From Chloroflexota bacterium (GTDB taxonomy: Bacteria; Chloroflexota; Limnocylindria; QHBO01), in assembly GCA_013816405.1 (NCBI GenBank), contig JACDEL010000002.1, positions 6,220 to 70,219 on the forward strand: DNA of 64,000 nucleotides. Direction: 5' to 3'. Positions 18,172 through 28,212 of this stretch are shown here, in pieces. The notes beneath the pieces are model-generated. The model was given only the letters and a program-made list of their open reading frames with translations, was not told the DNA's origin and searched no databases. How positions within the stretch are numbered: the stretch's first letter is position 1; each line of letters starts with the position of its first letter. Position numbers and translations under genes: made by a program.

Positions 18172-19757
18172 GACTCCGTGGCAACCACGTCGACGAGCTG
18201 ATCAGCGCATCGCTGACCGGCGACCTGACCGACGCGGAGCGCGTCGAGCTGGACTCCCATCTCGTTCGCTGCGAGACATGTCGCAACACCCTCGCCGCCT
18301 TCACCGCCGAACGCAGCATCCTGTCCGGATTGCCAGTTGCGGAGCCGCCTCGCGACCTCGGGGCGCGGGTTCGCAGTGGGATCGAGTCCGGTCGGCTCGC
18401 CCCGTGGTGGCGCCGGCCGGTGGGTCTGATCGCCATCGGCGCCTCGGCGGCAGTGGTTGCCGCCGCCATCCTCGCCGTCGTTGTCTTCCAGAACCTCGAT
18501 CTGGGCCCGGTTGGGCAAGCGAGCGGATCGCCGAAGGCATCTGTCTCGGCCGCTCCCTCCAGCAGTGCCGTCGCGTCAGTCGCCCCCAGCGTCGGGCCTA
18601 CCACTGCGCCAACCTTCCTGGGACCGGGCGGGCTCGGGTATCTCTCCCTGACGGGCGCACCCCTCGAGGCATTGCGCCTGTCGTTCATCGCCGATGCGAC
18701 TGGCGCCTCGGTGGATGCCGGCACGGTCTCCGGCCCGCCGATTGCCGCCGCCCTCTCGCCTGACGGCCAGTGGCTGGCATACATCACCCAGAAGGGAGAG
18801 ACCGGAGCCAACGAAGTCTGGGCCCTTCACCTGAACGATGGAAAGATCACGCATTTGGGCTGCTCCTCGGCCGCGCCGTTCACGAATCGGCTCGCCTGGT
18901 CGCCCGACAGCCGGTACCTGGCCTACACCCTGGTCGGCGTCGACCTGGGCGCCGATGCGGGTTGCGAGAAGCCGACCGATGGCGCCGACGCTTGGCTGTT
19001 CGATACGTCCACGGGGCAACGATCGAACTTCAGCAACCGGGGTAACGCGTACGCGGCGGACTTCGAGCCTATGAGCGTCGCCGATGTCCCAGTGCTCTGG
19101 GTGAGCATCGCTTCCGAGACCCCCGGGAGTGGCGCATTCGGGGTAGGAGCGGACATCAACGGCGCAGGACTGAGCAACATCTTCCTTCCGCTCTTCTCGC
19201 CGGACGGCAGCCGTGCGATCTTCTGGAGCGGGACGATGACCTCGAATGGCGGATCGTGGCACTTCTCAGTGGGCGGGATGCCGCAACTTTCCGGTGATTT
19301 CCGGGCCGCAGGCCCTGCCTCCCCGTGGGTCGGGACGCCACTCTTCACGGACCTGACGCCGGTTGGCGGTGAGGCGTTCGCATCCGGCGACTTCGCGTGG
19401 GGTCCCGATAACGATCATCTCGCCTTTTGGGATGGTGCCTGGACGGGTACACCGCAGAGTGCTGACGGAACCTATCCGAACCAGGCTGATGCCTACGTCG
19501 GCAGCTTCAGCAGTGGCCTTTTGAGCAGCGCCTCTGCGCTGGCCCTCGTCCGACCCGCTGATGCGTACCTTGTCGCCATCGCGTTCGCCCAGGACGGAAC
19601 CTCGGTCGCGGTAACCCTCGGCCTCCCTTCTGCGGGCATCGGGGATCCCCCATCCGCTCTCCTTCAGATCGTTCCGCTGGACGGCAGCGCGCCGCATGGC
19701 ATCGGCGGAGGCACGGACGCGCCGCCGTGGAACGGGCCGGCGGTCTACGGGTATTGA
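18168..19757 (+). CDS. Zinc-binding anti-sigma factor with TM helix and extracytoplasmic beta-propeller
   Basis: HLVRCETC (HxxxCxxC), one TM helix, S/P-rich linker, SPDG/WSPD repeats; 4-bp overlap with the sigma gene. Confidence 0.88.
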   Translation: MRLRGNHVDELISASLTGDLTDAERVELDSHLVRCETCRNTLAAFTAERSILSGLPVAEPPRDLGARVRSGIESGRLAPWWRRPVGLIAIGASAAVVAAAILAVVVFQNLDLGPVGQASGSPKASVSAAPSSSAVASVAPSVGPTTAPTFLGPGGLGYLSLTGAPLEALRLSFIADATGASVDAGTVSGPPIAAALSPDGQWLAYITQKGETGANEVWALHLNDGKITHLGCSSAAPFTNRLAWSPDSRYLAYTLVGVDLGADAGCEKPTDGADAWLFDTSTGQRSNFSNRGNAYAADFEPMSVADVPVLWVSIASETPGSGAFGVGADINGAGLSNIFLPLFSPDGSRAIFWSGTMTSNGGSWHFSVGGMPQLSGDFRAAGPASPWVGTPLFTDLTPVGGEAFASGDFAWGPDNDHLAFWDGAWTGTPQSADGTYPNQADAYVGSFSSGLLSSASALALVRPADAYLVAIAFAQDGTSVAVTLGLPSAGIGDPPSALLQIVPLDGSAPHGIGGGTDAPPWNGPAVYGY

Positions 19758-19805
19758 CCCGGGGATCGGGTGCGCGGTCAACCCATCGGGCTACACTCGG
19801 GCGCA

Positions 19806-20345
19806 ATGAGCGAACGGCAGATCCTCGACGCGGATGAGCTGCGACGCGCGCTTACCCGGATCGCCCACGAGATCGTCGAGCGCAACGGCGGAACCGATGA
19901 GCTGGTGCTCGTGGGCGTGCGCAGCCGCGGGGTGCCGCTGGCGCGACGGTTAGCGGGCCTGATCGAGCAGCACGAGGGTGTGAGCCTGCCGGTCGGGGCA
20001 CTCGACATCAGCTTCTACCGCGACGACCTGACCAAGGTGGCGCATGCGCCGATCGTCAAGAAGACCCAGGCGATGCCGGAGATCGCCGGGCAGACGGTCG
20101 TCCTGGTCGACGATGTTCTCTTCACCGGCCGCACGGTGCGGGCCGCGCTGGATGCCCTGACGGACCACGGGCGGCCGCGGGCGGTGCGGCTGGCGGTCAT
20201 CATCGACCGCGGCCACCGCGAGCTTCCGATCCGCCCCGACCACGTCGGCAAGAACCTGCCGACCTCGCGCGAGGAGATCGTCCACGTCCGAGTGATGGAG
20301 AACGACGGCAGCGACGAGGTTGTGCTCGAGCGAACTGGCGACTAG
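19806..20345 (+). CDS. pyrR: Pyrimidine operon attenuation protein / uracil PRTase
   Basis: [41 protein letters not shown]. Confidence 0.96.
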   Translation: MSERQILDADELRRALTRIAHEIVERNGGTDELVLVGVRSRGVPLARRLAGLIEQHEGVSLPVGALDISFYRDDLTKVAHAPIVKKTQAMPEIAGQTVVLVDDVLFTGRTVRAALDALTDHGRPRAVRLAVIIDRGHRELPIRPDHVGKNLPTSREEIVHVRVMENDGSDEVVLERTGD

Positions 20346-20731
20346 GCGACCTCGCCGCGCTCTAACGCCTCCCAGTATTCACGCCAGCCGCCGAACGATG
20401 TGATCTCGCGCTGGCCGCCGGTCATCGCCTCGGGAAAGAGGATGCCGTCCACCCAGCGGCCGTCGGAGAGCTCGATCGGTCCTCTGTAGAGTCCAGGCGG
20501 TTCCCCCGCCTCGACCCGGGCCCAGACCTCGTCGGGGAGCCGGTAGATCTCGCCCGGGACCGAGATTCCGCCCCGCTCGGCTCGGTACATCCCCGGATGG
20601 AGGTCGCCGATCGAGAAGATCCGGTACTTCGGGGCGGTTCGGAACTCACCCAGGAACTCAGCGCCGTCCAGGTTGTCGTGCAGCTTCAACCCTCGCATGA
20701 GGGTCCCGTTCACGAAGAGTTCGAGGGCCAT
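20342..20731 (-). CDS. GGCT-fold protein like the allophanate hydrolase C-terminal domain
   Basis: [38 protein letters not shown]. Confidence 0.8.
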   Translation of the reverse strand: MALELFVNGTLMRGLKLHDNLDGAEFLGEFRTAPKYRIFSIGDLHPGMYRAERGGISVPGEIYRLPDEVWARVEAGEPPGLYRGPIELSDGRWVDGILFPEAMTGGQREITSFGGWREYWEALERGEVA

Positions 20732-20800
20732 CTCCCCTCCTTGGCTGAGGCTGCGACCGGGCCCTCGAGGGACCCGGCCGCATTGAACGGGAGAATGCGG

Positions 20801-22420
20801 TCAGGCCGCCCGCTCCTCCTCGGTTGGCGGCGTGGTGACGGCCCTCATGAGGTCCGAGGCCCCGACTCCGCCCTCGCGCATGGCCACGATCCAGATCACG
20901 ACGCCAGCCAGCAGGTAGCCGATCCACACCTCGTTTGGTGCTCGCACGCTGAAGCCGTCAGTGAACTGGAAGATCAACCCGGCCGGGTCGTGCATCAGGC
21001 CGACGGCCGCAAGAACCGCCGCTGCCACGCAATAGAAGATGGCCCGCGAGTAGGCCTTATCAATGATGAAGACGGCGATCGCCCCCAGCATCAACCCCGC
21101 GAGCACGGCGCCGGACCCGAGGATGGCCATCCCCTGGTAGACGACGCCGTTGCCATTCAGCGCGTCCATGATCGACCCGGCGTTCGTGCCGGCAGCGGCC
21201 AGGGAGTTGTCGATCTGGGTCTGCGCCCATTGCGCGATGTTCGGCACCAGGGCCAGCACGATCGCCGGCGCGTGCCGAGCGACCGATGTCTGGAACGCCT
21301 GTGCGCCGATCACCAGCCCAATGAACAGCAGGATCGGGAAGAGGGCCGCACCGGGGATCACGGCAAGGAAGAAGCTGACGAGTCCGGTGAAGCAGATCAG
21401 CGCGATGACGACGCCGGTCGCCAGCGAGTAGCCGATCCGACCACCGACGGCCTTCCAACCGGGATGGCCAATGTAGACGGCCGGCGGGAAGGGGCTTCCC
21501 AGGAAGGACCCGACCACCGCTCCCAGGCCATCGGCCAGCAGGATGGAGCGGAGGCTGTAGTTGTCACCGGCCGCCGAGGCGCTCTCGACGTTGTTCATCC
21601 CCTCAGTGAAGTTGTAGACGCCCAGAGGTATCGCCGTGGCCAGCAGCGGGGCTGCGTCGGAGAGGCCCGAGATCACCTCCGTGCCGAAGACCGGCAGGTG
21701 GATCCCAAATTGCTGGAAGGAGTCACTCACCTGCTGCGGGTCGAGCCCCTGCCAACCAAAGACGGCGTACGACAGCCAGCCGAGCGCCGTGCCGACCACG
21801 ATTGCCGCCAGCCCGCCCGGAATCCCGAACGGAAGGCGCACCCCGCCCGTCCAGGAGAGCAGGATGATGGCGAAAGTGGCGAGGGCGATCCACGCCGCCG
21901 TGAACATCTGGAACGCCGCGGCCATGCTGATGAACGCGATCGAGATGCCGGCCAGCGTGCCGAGCATCGCCGCGCGCGGGGTGTAGGCACGAATGGTGGG
22001 GCCGATGAAGGCGCCGATCAGCACCACCACCCCGATGAAGAAGGCCCATGCCAAGCCCGCCTCGTAGGCCTGCATCACGTCGCCGGTCTTGATGACGACT
22101 GGCAGCATGATCACGAAGGTCACGAAGAAGTAGTGCGGCACGCTCGGGCCATAGGGCATGGCGGCGACCGTGTCGCGGCCTTCCTTCTGGGACAGCCGAT
22201 ACGCGAGATACGCGTACCAGATGTTGCCGAGCGGCAGTGCGATGGCGAGCGCCGGCAGGATGCGCCCGAAGACGATGGTGTCCGGGTCGAGCTTGATGAC
22301 GAACAGCATCAGCCCTGACAGGACCAGCACGTTGAGCAGGACGTTGGTCCCCAGCCCGAAGAAGGCGTTCCAGTCGCCCGGAACCCACAGCTTCGGCTTG
22401 TATTCACTATTGGCTGTCAT
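20801..22420 (-). CDS. NCS2/AzgA-like nucleobase/ureide permease
   Basis: ~14 TM helices; GDWNAFFG, PYGPSVPH, NNVESASAAGD, PPAVYIGHPGWK. Confidence 0.85.
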   Translation of the reverse strand: MTANSEYKPKLWVPGDWNAFFGLGTNVLLNVLVLSGLMLFVIKLDPDTIVFGRILPALAIALPLGNIWYAYLAYRLSQKEGRDTVAAMPYGPSVPHYFFVTFVIMLPVVIKTGDVMQAYEAGLAWAFFIGVVVLIGAFIGPTIRAYTPRAAMLGTLAGISIAFISMAAAFQMFTAAWIALATFAIILLSWTGGVRLPFGIPGGLAAIVVGTALGWLSYAVFGWQGLDPQQVSDSFQQFGIHLPVFGTEVISGLSDAAPLLATAIPLGVYNFTEGMNNVESASAAGDNYSLRSILLADGLGAVVGSFLGSPFPPAVYIGHPGWKAVGGRIGYSLATGVVIALICFTGLVSFFLAVIPGAALFPILLFIGLVIGAQAFQTSVARHAPAIVLALVPNIAQWAQTQIDNSLAAAGTNAGSIMDALNGNGVVYQGMAILGSGAVLAGLMLGAIAVFIIDKAYSRAIFYCVAAAVLAAVGLMHDPAGLIFQFTDGFSVRAPNEVWIGYLLAGVVIWIVAMREGGVGASDLMRAVTTPPTEEERAA

Positions 22421-22512
22421 TGGTTCTCCTCTACCCTCCTTCCCCCTTGACGATCGACGCGGGTCTTACGGCGGATGGCTGACGGCGGCGTCGGGCATCA
22501 GTTCCTCCGGCG

Positions 22513-23202
22513 TCAGGCGGAGGCGCCGGCCATCGCCGGCTTGCCGAGTGCCTCGAGAAAGGCGGCGGAGTCGCTGACCCAGCCGAAGATGCCGCCCTGG
22601 GCCTTGATCATCTCCAGCGCGACGCGCTGGAACTCGGGGAAGTAGGACGCGACCGCGTCAGACAGCACGCAGACGTCGTAGCCGCGATCGTTCGCTTCGC
22701 GCACCGTGGTCTGCACGCAGACCTCGGTCGTCACCCCGCAGGCGATGATTCGCTCGATCCCCTTCATCTTCAGGATGGTGTCGAGGTCGGTCGCGTAGAA
22801 CGCCCCCTTGCCGGGCTTGTCGACGACCGGCTCGCCCTCAATCGGGTAGACCTCCTCGACGATGTCATGGCCGTGCGAGCCGCGGACGAGGAGGCGGCCC
22901 ATCGGTCCTTCGTCGCCGATGTGGATCGAGGGATTGCCACGCTCGTACTTGGCGCGCGGCAGGTCGGAGAGGTCGGGGCGGTGGCCCTCGCGCGTGTGGA
23001 TCACGAAGATTCCAGCCTCGCGGCTGGCCTTGAGAACGCGCTGTGCCGCCGGGAGCGCCGCCAGCAGGAACGACGTGTCGTTGCCGAGGGACTCACCGAA
23101 GCCGCCGGGGTACACGAAGTCGCGCTGGAAGTCGATCATCAGCAGCGCGGTCTTCTTGGGATCGAATTCGAAGTCGTACGGTTCCGCCTTCATGCTCAGC
23201 AT
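22513..23202 (-). CDS. trtA: Isochorismatase-family cysteine hydrolase, triuret hydrolase (TrtA)-like
   Basis: D-K-C triad (IDFQRDF, KPGKGAF, TTEVCV); GGFGESLGND, ASYFPEF and QGGIFGW match TrtA rather than BiuH (GGYVD, TTDVC, GATD, GGVFG) as I recall them. Confidence 0.75.
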   Translation of the reverse strand: MLSMKAEPYDFEFDPKKTALLMIDFQRDFVYPGGFGESLGNDTSFLLAALPAAQRVLKASREAGIFVIHTREGHRPDLSDLPRAKYERGNPSIHIGDEGPMGRLLVRGSHGHDIVEEVYPIEGEPVVDKPGKGAFYATDLDTILKMKGIERIIACGVTTEVCVQTTVREANDRGYDVCVLSDAVASYFPEFQRVALEMIKAQGGIFGWVSDSAAFLEALGKPAMAGASA

Positions 23203-23221
23203 GCGTTGACTTGGACCTCCT

Positions 23222-24205
23222 TCAATTGCCCGATGGACTGGCCGATGCCAATGCGGCGTCGGCGACGATGCGCGTCCCCGACGTGCCCGCGAATGCCTGC
23301 TCCAGGTTGGCCGGCGAGGTGATCAGCACCTCGGACCCGCCTCGCTCCAGGAATGTGATCGCAGCTTCGACCTTGGGGCCCATGCTCCCCTTCGGGAACT
23401 CGCCCTCGGCCAGGTAGCTGCGCGCCTCGGTGACGGAGAGCCGGTCCAGGAAGCGCTGGTCCGGCTGCCGGAAATGAATGGCGACCCGCTCGACCCCCGT
23501 CGACAGGACGAGGAGCGGGATCCCGAGGCTGCTCGCCAGCATTGCCGATGCCAGGTCCTTGTCGATCACCGCCTCCACGCCCCGATAGCCCCCGGGCTCA
23601 ACCTCGACGACCGGGATCCCGCCCCCGCCGGCGGCGATCACCACGAACCCGGACGAGACCAGGGTCCTGATCTGCTGCGCCTCCACGATCCGCAGCGGGT
23701 GGGGGGAGGGCACGATGCGCCGGTAGCCGCGGCCGGAGTCCTCGACCATCGCCCAGCCCTCGTGGCGGCGCTTGGCATCCGCCTCCTCGGCGTTGTAGGA
23801 AGGGCCAATCGGCTTGGTCGGCTCGCCGAAGGCGGGGTCCCTGGGGTCGACCACCACGTGCGTCAGGATGCAGGCCACCGTATCCGTCTGGCCAAGCCGG
23901 CCGAGCTCATTGAGGAGCGCATTGCCCAGGATGTGACCGATCCCGCCCTGTGAGTCGGCGACGCTCATGTCGAGCGAGAGGCGCGGGATCCCGGACGACT
24001 CCCCGATCAGCTCGGAGCGGAGCAGGATGAAGCCGACCTGCGGGCCATTGCCGTGGGTGACGACGACCCGCCAACCATCGGCGACCAGGGCGGCGATGTG
24101 GCCGGCCGTATCGGTTGCATTTGCAAACTGCTCGGCGATCGACCCCTTCTGCCCGTCCAGGATCAGGGCGTTGCCGCCGATGGCGATGACCGCGCTGCGC
24201 TCCAT
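23222..24205 (-). CDS. arcC: Carbamate kinase
   Basis: AIGGNAL, THGNGPQVG, PTKPIG, GGGGIPV, EAVIDKD, GSMGPK. Confidence 0.95.
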   Translation of the reverse strand: MERSAVIAIGGNALILDGQKGSIAEQFANATDTAGHIAALVADGWRVVVTHGNGPQVGFILLRSELIGESSGIPRLSLDMSVADSQGGIGHILGNALLNELGRLGQTDTVACILTHVVVDPRDPAFGEPTKPIGPSYNAEEADAKRRHEGWAMVEDSGRGYRRIVPSPHPLRIVEAQQIRTLVSSGFVVIAAGGGGIPVVEVEPGGYRGVEAVIDKDLASAMLASSLGIPLLVLSTGVERVAIHFRQPDQRFLDRLSVTEARSYLAEGEFPKGSMGPKVEAAITFLERGGSEVLITSPANLEQAFAGTSGTRIVADAALASASPSGN

Positions 24206-25629
24206 CAGGTCGCTCCTGGCACGTGCAGCTGCGCGGCGAGGGCCCGCAGCGCGTCGGCGAAGCAGCTCAGCGGGGCACGGGCAATCCCGGCGCCGATCTG
24301 GCCCACCCCGGGCAGCTTGTGGGCGATCCCGGTGTTGATCACCGGCTGGACGCCGCTCTCGACCACGCGACGCGCATCGATTCCGGTCGGCGAGCCCGCG
24401 AAACCGAGGGGTGGCAGAGCGAAGGCAGGGTTCCGCTCGAGCGTGATGCGATACATCTCACGCGTGTAGTTGAGGGCATCGGCAGCCGTGCCCCCCACGA
24501 AGCGGACGATCGCGGGGGCGGCCGCCATGGCGAAACCGCCGATTCCACAGGTCTCAGTGATGGCGCTGTCGCCGAGGTCGGGGTTCGCGTCCTCCGGCCC
24601 ATAGCCGGGGAAGTAGAGGCCGTCAGGGACCCCGACCGGTGCGGTGTACCAGGCGTTGCCGGTCCCCGACAGACGGACCCCGAAGTCCACGCCGTTGCGG
24701 CTCATGGCGGTCACGACGGTCGAGCCGGGGACCCCGTGCGCGGCATCCAGCGAGGCCTTGCAGGCGGCCATCGACAGGTTGAGGAAGAAATGGTCGTTGC
24801 CGCGCAGGAAGTCGAGGGCGGCCACGGCGTCAACTTCGCGGGCGGTACGCACCAGCGTGGGTGCGAGGCTGCGGACCAGGAGCGAGGTGGCGGCCACGTT
24901 GCGGTTGTGGCCCTCGTCGCCCATCTGCAGCGCCTGGCCAGTGATGCTCTTTAGGTCGATCGGGCCCGTCGCTTCCAGCGCTCGGCTGAGGGTCGGCCCG
25001 AAGGCGTCACGGAACCAGCGCAGCCGCTCGAGCACCGAATCATCGTAGGCACCGAAGCGCAGGACCTTGCCGAGCCCCTCGTTCAGCGTGGCGAAGGACC
25101 GGTTGCCGGCCGTCGTGTTCTCGACCACCACCACCGGCATCGAGGGTGACACGACCCCGGCCATGGGACCGACGGCCCCGTGGTGATGGCATGCGTCGAA
25201 GGCGATCTCGTTGCCCACAGCCAGGCGCTCGGCCTCCTCGGGGGTCGAGGCCCAGCCTTCGAACAGCAAGGCGCCGATGATCGCGCCGCGCATCGGCCCG
25301 CACATCCGTTCCCAACTGATCGGCGGCCCGGAGTGCAGGAGCATCCGGCCCTGCAGACCCGGGATGGCATCTCCTGCGGGCTGCACGTCGATCAGGAATG
25401 GGCTGGCGCCGAGGAGCCGATCGAGCGCTGTCCGATTAGCCGTGGCCACCGCGGCGCCGATCGCGTCGTCCGGATCGTCCTCGAGGCGGGCCACCAGCAT
25501 GCCCAGCTCCGCGTCGGCTCCGGCCGGCGGACGCCAGTCGAGGTTCAGGACGGCCGCGCCTGCCGCGGAGATCGGCTCGGCGAAGCCGGCAAGCCCGATG
25601 TTCAATGCCCGGACGCCATTGGCCAGCAT
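24205..25629 (-). CDS. DUF1116 protein (YahG/YlbE = AllG-like transcarbamylase subunit)
   Basis: LHSGPPISWERMCGPM, NEGLGKVLRFGA, MGDEGHNRN, DLGDSAITE, INTGIAH; ATG overlaps upstream TGA. Confidence 0.9.
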   Translation of the reverse strand: MLANGVRALNIGLAGFAEPISAAGAAVLNLDWRPPAGADAELGMLVARLEDDPDDAIGAAVATANRTALDRLLGASPFLIDVQPAGDAIPGLQGRMLLHSGPPISWERMCGPMRGAIIGALLFEGWASTPEEAERLAVGNEIAFDACHHHGAVGPMAGVVSPSMPVVVVENTTAGNRSFATLNEGLGKVLRFGAYDDSVLERLRWFRDAFGPTLSRALEATGPIDLKSITGQALQMGDEGHNRNVAATSLLVRSLAPTLVRTAREVDAVAALDFLRGNDHFFLNLSMAACKASLDAAHGVPGSTVVTAMSRNGVDFGVRLSGTGNAWYTAPVGVPDGLYFPGYGPEDANPDLGDSAITETCGIGGFAMAAAPAIVRFVGGTAADALNYTREMYRITLERNPAFALPPLGFAGSPTGIDARRVVESGVQPVINTGIAHKLPGVGQIGAGIARAPLSCFADALRALAAQLHVPGAT

Positions 25630-27146
25630 CAGGCGGGCACCCCGCGCATTGCGGTGTGCTGCACGACGAGGCCGGCCAGGCGCGCGGCCCGCGCGTTGCT
25701 GGCGACGAGACGCACCCCGGCGTCGGCCAGGATGGCGCGCTGCCCGACGAAGCCCTGGAGATCGTGTACCGTGCCGCACAGCGAGGCCACAACCGCCAGG
25801 CCGCGGCCGTCACGTCTTGCCGCCTCGCGGGCGGCCTCGATGGCAGGGATCAACGCGCCGGCAGGATCCGGGTGCGACGCGTATCCGAGGACGATGTCGA
25901 GCAGGATCACCGCCACCCGGGAATCGCCGCCCGCCTCCTCGATCTTCTCGCTGCGCAGCCGCGGATCGATCATCGGATGGGGCCGACCAACGGTGTACTC
26001 GTCGTCGCCGAGGTCGATGATCTGCTGCGCCCCGGCGACCTCGGCGCCGAGAAGCCCTTTCAGCACAACCTTGGCCTCGCTCGCCAGCGAGCCGCCGGAG
26101 TAGAGGCCCGCGATCCGGTCCTGGCCGGGCACGAGACCGGCGGCCAGCTCGGCTGGGTTGCCGTGGCCATCCTCGAGCGGCGGCAGCGGACTGCCCAGGA
26201 TCAGCCCCGCGGCCACCTGGGCCGCCTCCTCGAAGGTCGTGCCCGCGTGCGCGCCGGATGCGCGGATCGCCTCCGCATCCCCGCCCAGGAAGTTGACGAC
26301 GACCGGCTTGGTGGCAGTCGAGGCCGCGGCGAGTACCTTCGCGGCGACCGAGGGCGCCGGCGGCTTGGAGACCAGCACCACCACCTCTGTTCCCTGATCA
26401 GCCACCAGGCGCTCGAGGGCTGCCAGCATCATCAGGCCTCCGACCTCCTCGTGCAGGTCGCGACCACCGACCCCGATGGCCTGCGATACGCCCGCCCCGA
26501 ATGCATCGAGCAGACAGGTGACCTGCTGCAGGCCGGTGCCACTCGCGCCGACGAGCCCGACCCCGCCGCGCCGGACCTCGTTGGCAAAGCCCAGGGGCAC
26601 GCCGTCCAGGATGGCAGTCCCGCAATCAGGCCCCATCACCAGCAACCCCTTGAGAACGCCCAGCTGCTTGAGCTCGATCTCATCCTCGATCGAGACGTTG
26701 TCGCTGAACAGGAAGACATGCAGTCCCCGTTTCAGGGCCTTCATCGCCTCGGCAGTCGCGTATGTGCCGGGAGTTGAGATGAGGGCGACGTTCGCACCCG
26801 GAAGATCGGCGAGGGCTTCGGAGATCGTTGTGGGCACGAAACGCTGCCCTTCCCCCGCTGCCTCCGCAGCCGCGCCGCGCATCAGGGTCGCAGCGCGCTC
26901 GAACGCAGCGTCAGCAGCGGTGTCGTCGTCGGCCGCCAGGGCCACCGCCATGTCGTTCGGGCCCGCCGTAGGATCGAGGCCCTCGCTCAGGCCGGCCTCG
27001 GCGACGATCGCCAGGTTGGCGGGAGTGCACATCACCAGGCCGGCACGGATGACGCCGGGGAACCGCTCGACCTCGGCGGCGATGCGCATCAGCTCCACCG
27101 AGTCTCGATAGGCGTTGCGGAAGACCCGCTGCCGGACGACGCTCAC
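25629..27146 (-). CDS. fdrA: FdrA/YahF (AllF-like) acyl-CoA-synthetase-fold protein
   Basis: YRDSVELM, FSDNV, MGPDCGTA, GASGTGLQ, GVGGRDL, GRPHPMIDP. Confidence 0.92.
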   Translation of the reverse strand: MSVVRQRVFRNAYRDSVELMRIAAEVERFPGVIRAGLVMCTPANLAIVAEAGLSEGLDPTAGPNDMAVALAADDDTAADAAFERAATLMRGAAAEAAGEGQRFVPTTISEALADLPGANVALISTPGTYATAEAMKALKRGLHVFLFSDNVSIEDEIELKQLGVLKGLLVMGPDCGTAILDGVPLGFANEVRRGGVGLVGASGTGLQQVTCLLDAFGAGVSQAIGVGGRDLHEEVGGLMMLAALERLVADQGTEVVVLVSKPPAPSVAAKVLAAASTATKPVVVNFLGGDAEAIRASGAHAGTTFEEAAQVAAGLILGSPLPPLEDGHGNPAELAAGLVPGQDRIAGLYSGGSLASEAKVVLKGLLGAEVAGAQQIIDLGDDEYTVGRPHPMIDPRLRSEKIEEAGGDSRVAVILLDIVLGYASHPDPAGALIPAIEAAREAARRDGRGLAVVASLCGTVHDLQGFVGQRAILADAGVRLVASNARAARLAGLVVQHTAMRGVPA

Positions 27147-28123
27147 GTGGCCACGTTGCCTTCATCGCCGCACGCCCGGAGCCGGCCGGCCACGCCCGGA
27201 GCGGATGACTGGATGCCGACCAAAAGGCCCACCAGCAGGTCCGCTCCTGACGTGGCACCCCACGCCATCGCCGCCGTCACCGCACGGCCCAATTCCGCCT
27301 CGGGCCCGGTGAGGACTGCCACCGCCGCGGCATGAACATGCTCGGAGAATTCGAGTCGACCAGCGTGGAGGAGGTAGCTCTCTGCGACCGAGGTCGTCGA
27401 TCCCCTGGCGTTCCGCGCCACTCCGGCTGCGAAGACTGGAGCCAGTGGATGGTCGGTGACGGCCAGGCCCGCCGCGAGGCCCACCAGCAGGTCGTCACCC
27501 GACGGCGTGGCACCGGGGCCGAGCCCGATCAGCGGGAGGGCGGCGGAGATGGCGCGCTCGTCTTGTCCCTCGGCCAGGGCTTCCACGACCTTGGCGAGCG
27601 ATCTGGCCGAAGCTCGTCCCAGCGATCCGACGCTCGTACGACCATCCATGAGCCCCACCAGCAAAGGTCCCAGTCCGACTGGGGGCGCCTGTTCGGCAGC
27701 GAGTTTCAGGGCCTGCTCGGCGCGCTCGCTCCGCCCGGCCATGGTCAGCCCACGGACCACTGGCATCGCGGGTGACCAGCTGGCGGCTGCGGCCAGGAAG
27801 ACGACCATCGAGGCCCCGGGCACGCGGAGCGCGGTGCCGTCGCACTGGGCTCGCATCCCGAGGACCAGGCCGATCTGGTCGAAGGCGATCGGCGGATCCA
27901 CCAGGATCCCGTTCGGGACGCCTCCCATCCCCTCATGCGCCACGGTCAGCAGGCCTTCGCCCCACCGGATGTTGACGACCGATCGATAGACACCCTCGAT
28001 GGTCCCCTCGCCACCCGGCATTCGCAGGCGGCTTCCAATGGACTGACTGATCCGGGTTGCGGCGAATCGTCGCAGCGGGAACGCCCCTGCTGCGGCCGTG
28101 GTCATCGGCTCGGGAGCCTTCAT
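27143..28123 (-). CDS. DUF2877 protein (YahE/YlbF = AllH-like)
   Basis: LIGLGPGATPSGDDLLVG, TTSVAESYL, GATSGADLLVG. Confidence 0.9.
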   Translation of the reverse strand: MKAPEPMTTAAAGAFPLRRFAATRISQSIGSRLRMPGGEGTIEGVYRSVVNIRWGEGLLTVAHEGMGGVPNGILVDPPIAFDQIGLVLGMRAQCDGTALRVPGASMVVFLAAAASWSPAMPVVRGLTMAGRSERAEQALKLAAEQAPPVGLGPLLVGLMDGRTSVGSLGRASARSLAKVVEALAEGQDERAISAALPLIGLGPGATPSGDDLLVGLAAGLAVTDHPLAPVFAAGVARNARGSTTSVAESYLLHAGRLEFSEHVHAAAVAVLTGPEAELGRAVTAAMAWGATSGADLLVGLLVGIQSSAPGVAGRLRACGDEGNVAT

Positions 28124-28171
28124 CGGAGGGCCATGCTAGGGTCACCGCGCAGCCCAGTCATTGGCAATCTG

Positions 28172-28208
28172 TGTCACTCACGGCCCCTTGGCCTGTGAGA
28201 ATATGACA
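28172..28208. promoter_or_regulatory. Inverted repeat in the divergent allH-like/PucR intergenic region (candidate operator)
   Basis: TGTCA-CTCAC ... GTGAG-N4-TGACA. Confidence 0.35.
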
Positions 28209-28212
28209 GGCG

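Noticed and set aside
20597-22318. Long antisense or alternate-frame ORFs (also 12070-13500, 14109-15563, 35747-37444, 43656-45215)
   Set aside because: High-GC shadow ORFs over clear genes, Arg/Pro/Ala-rich and without motifs
22513-23202. Biuret hydrolase BiuH or plain isochorismatase call
   Set aside because: Diagnostic segments match TrtA better by recall; needs HMM confirmation
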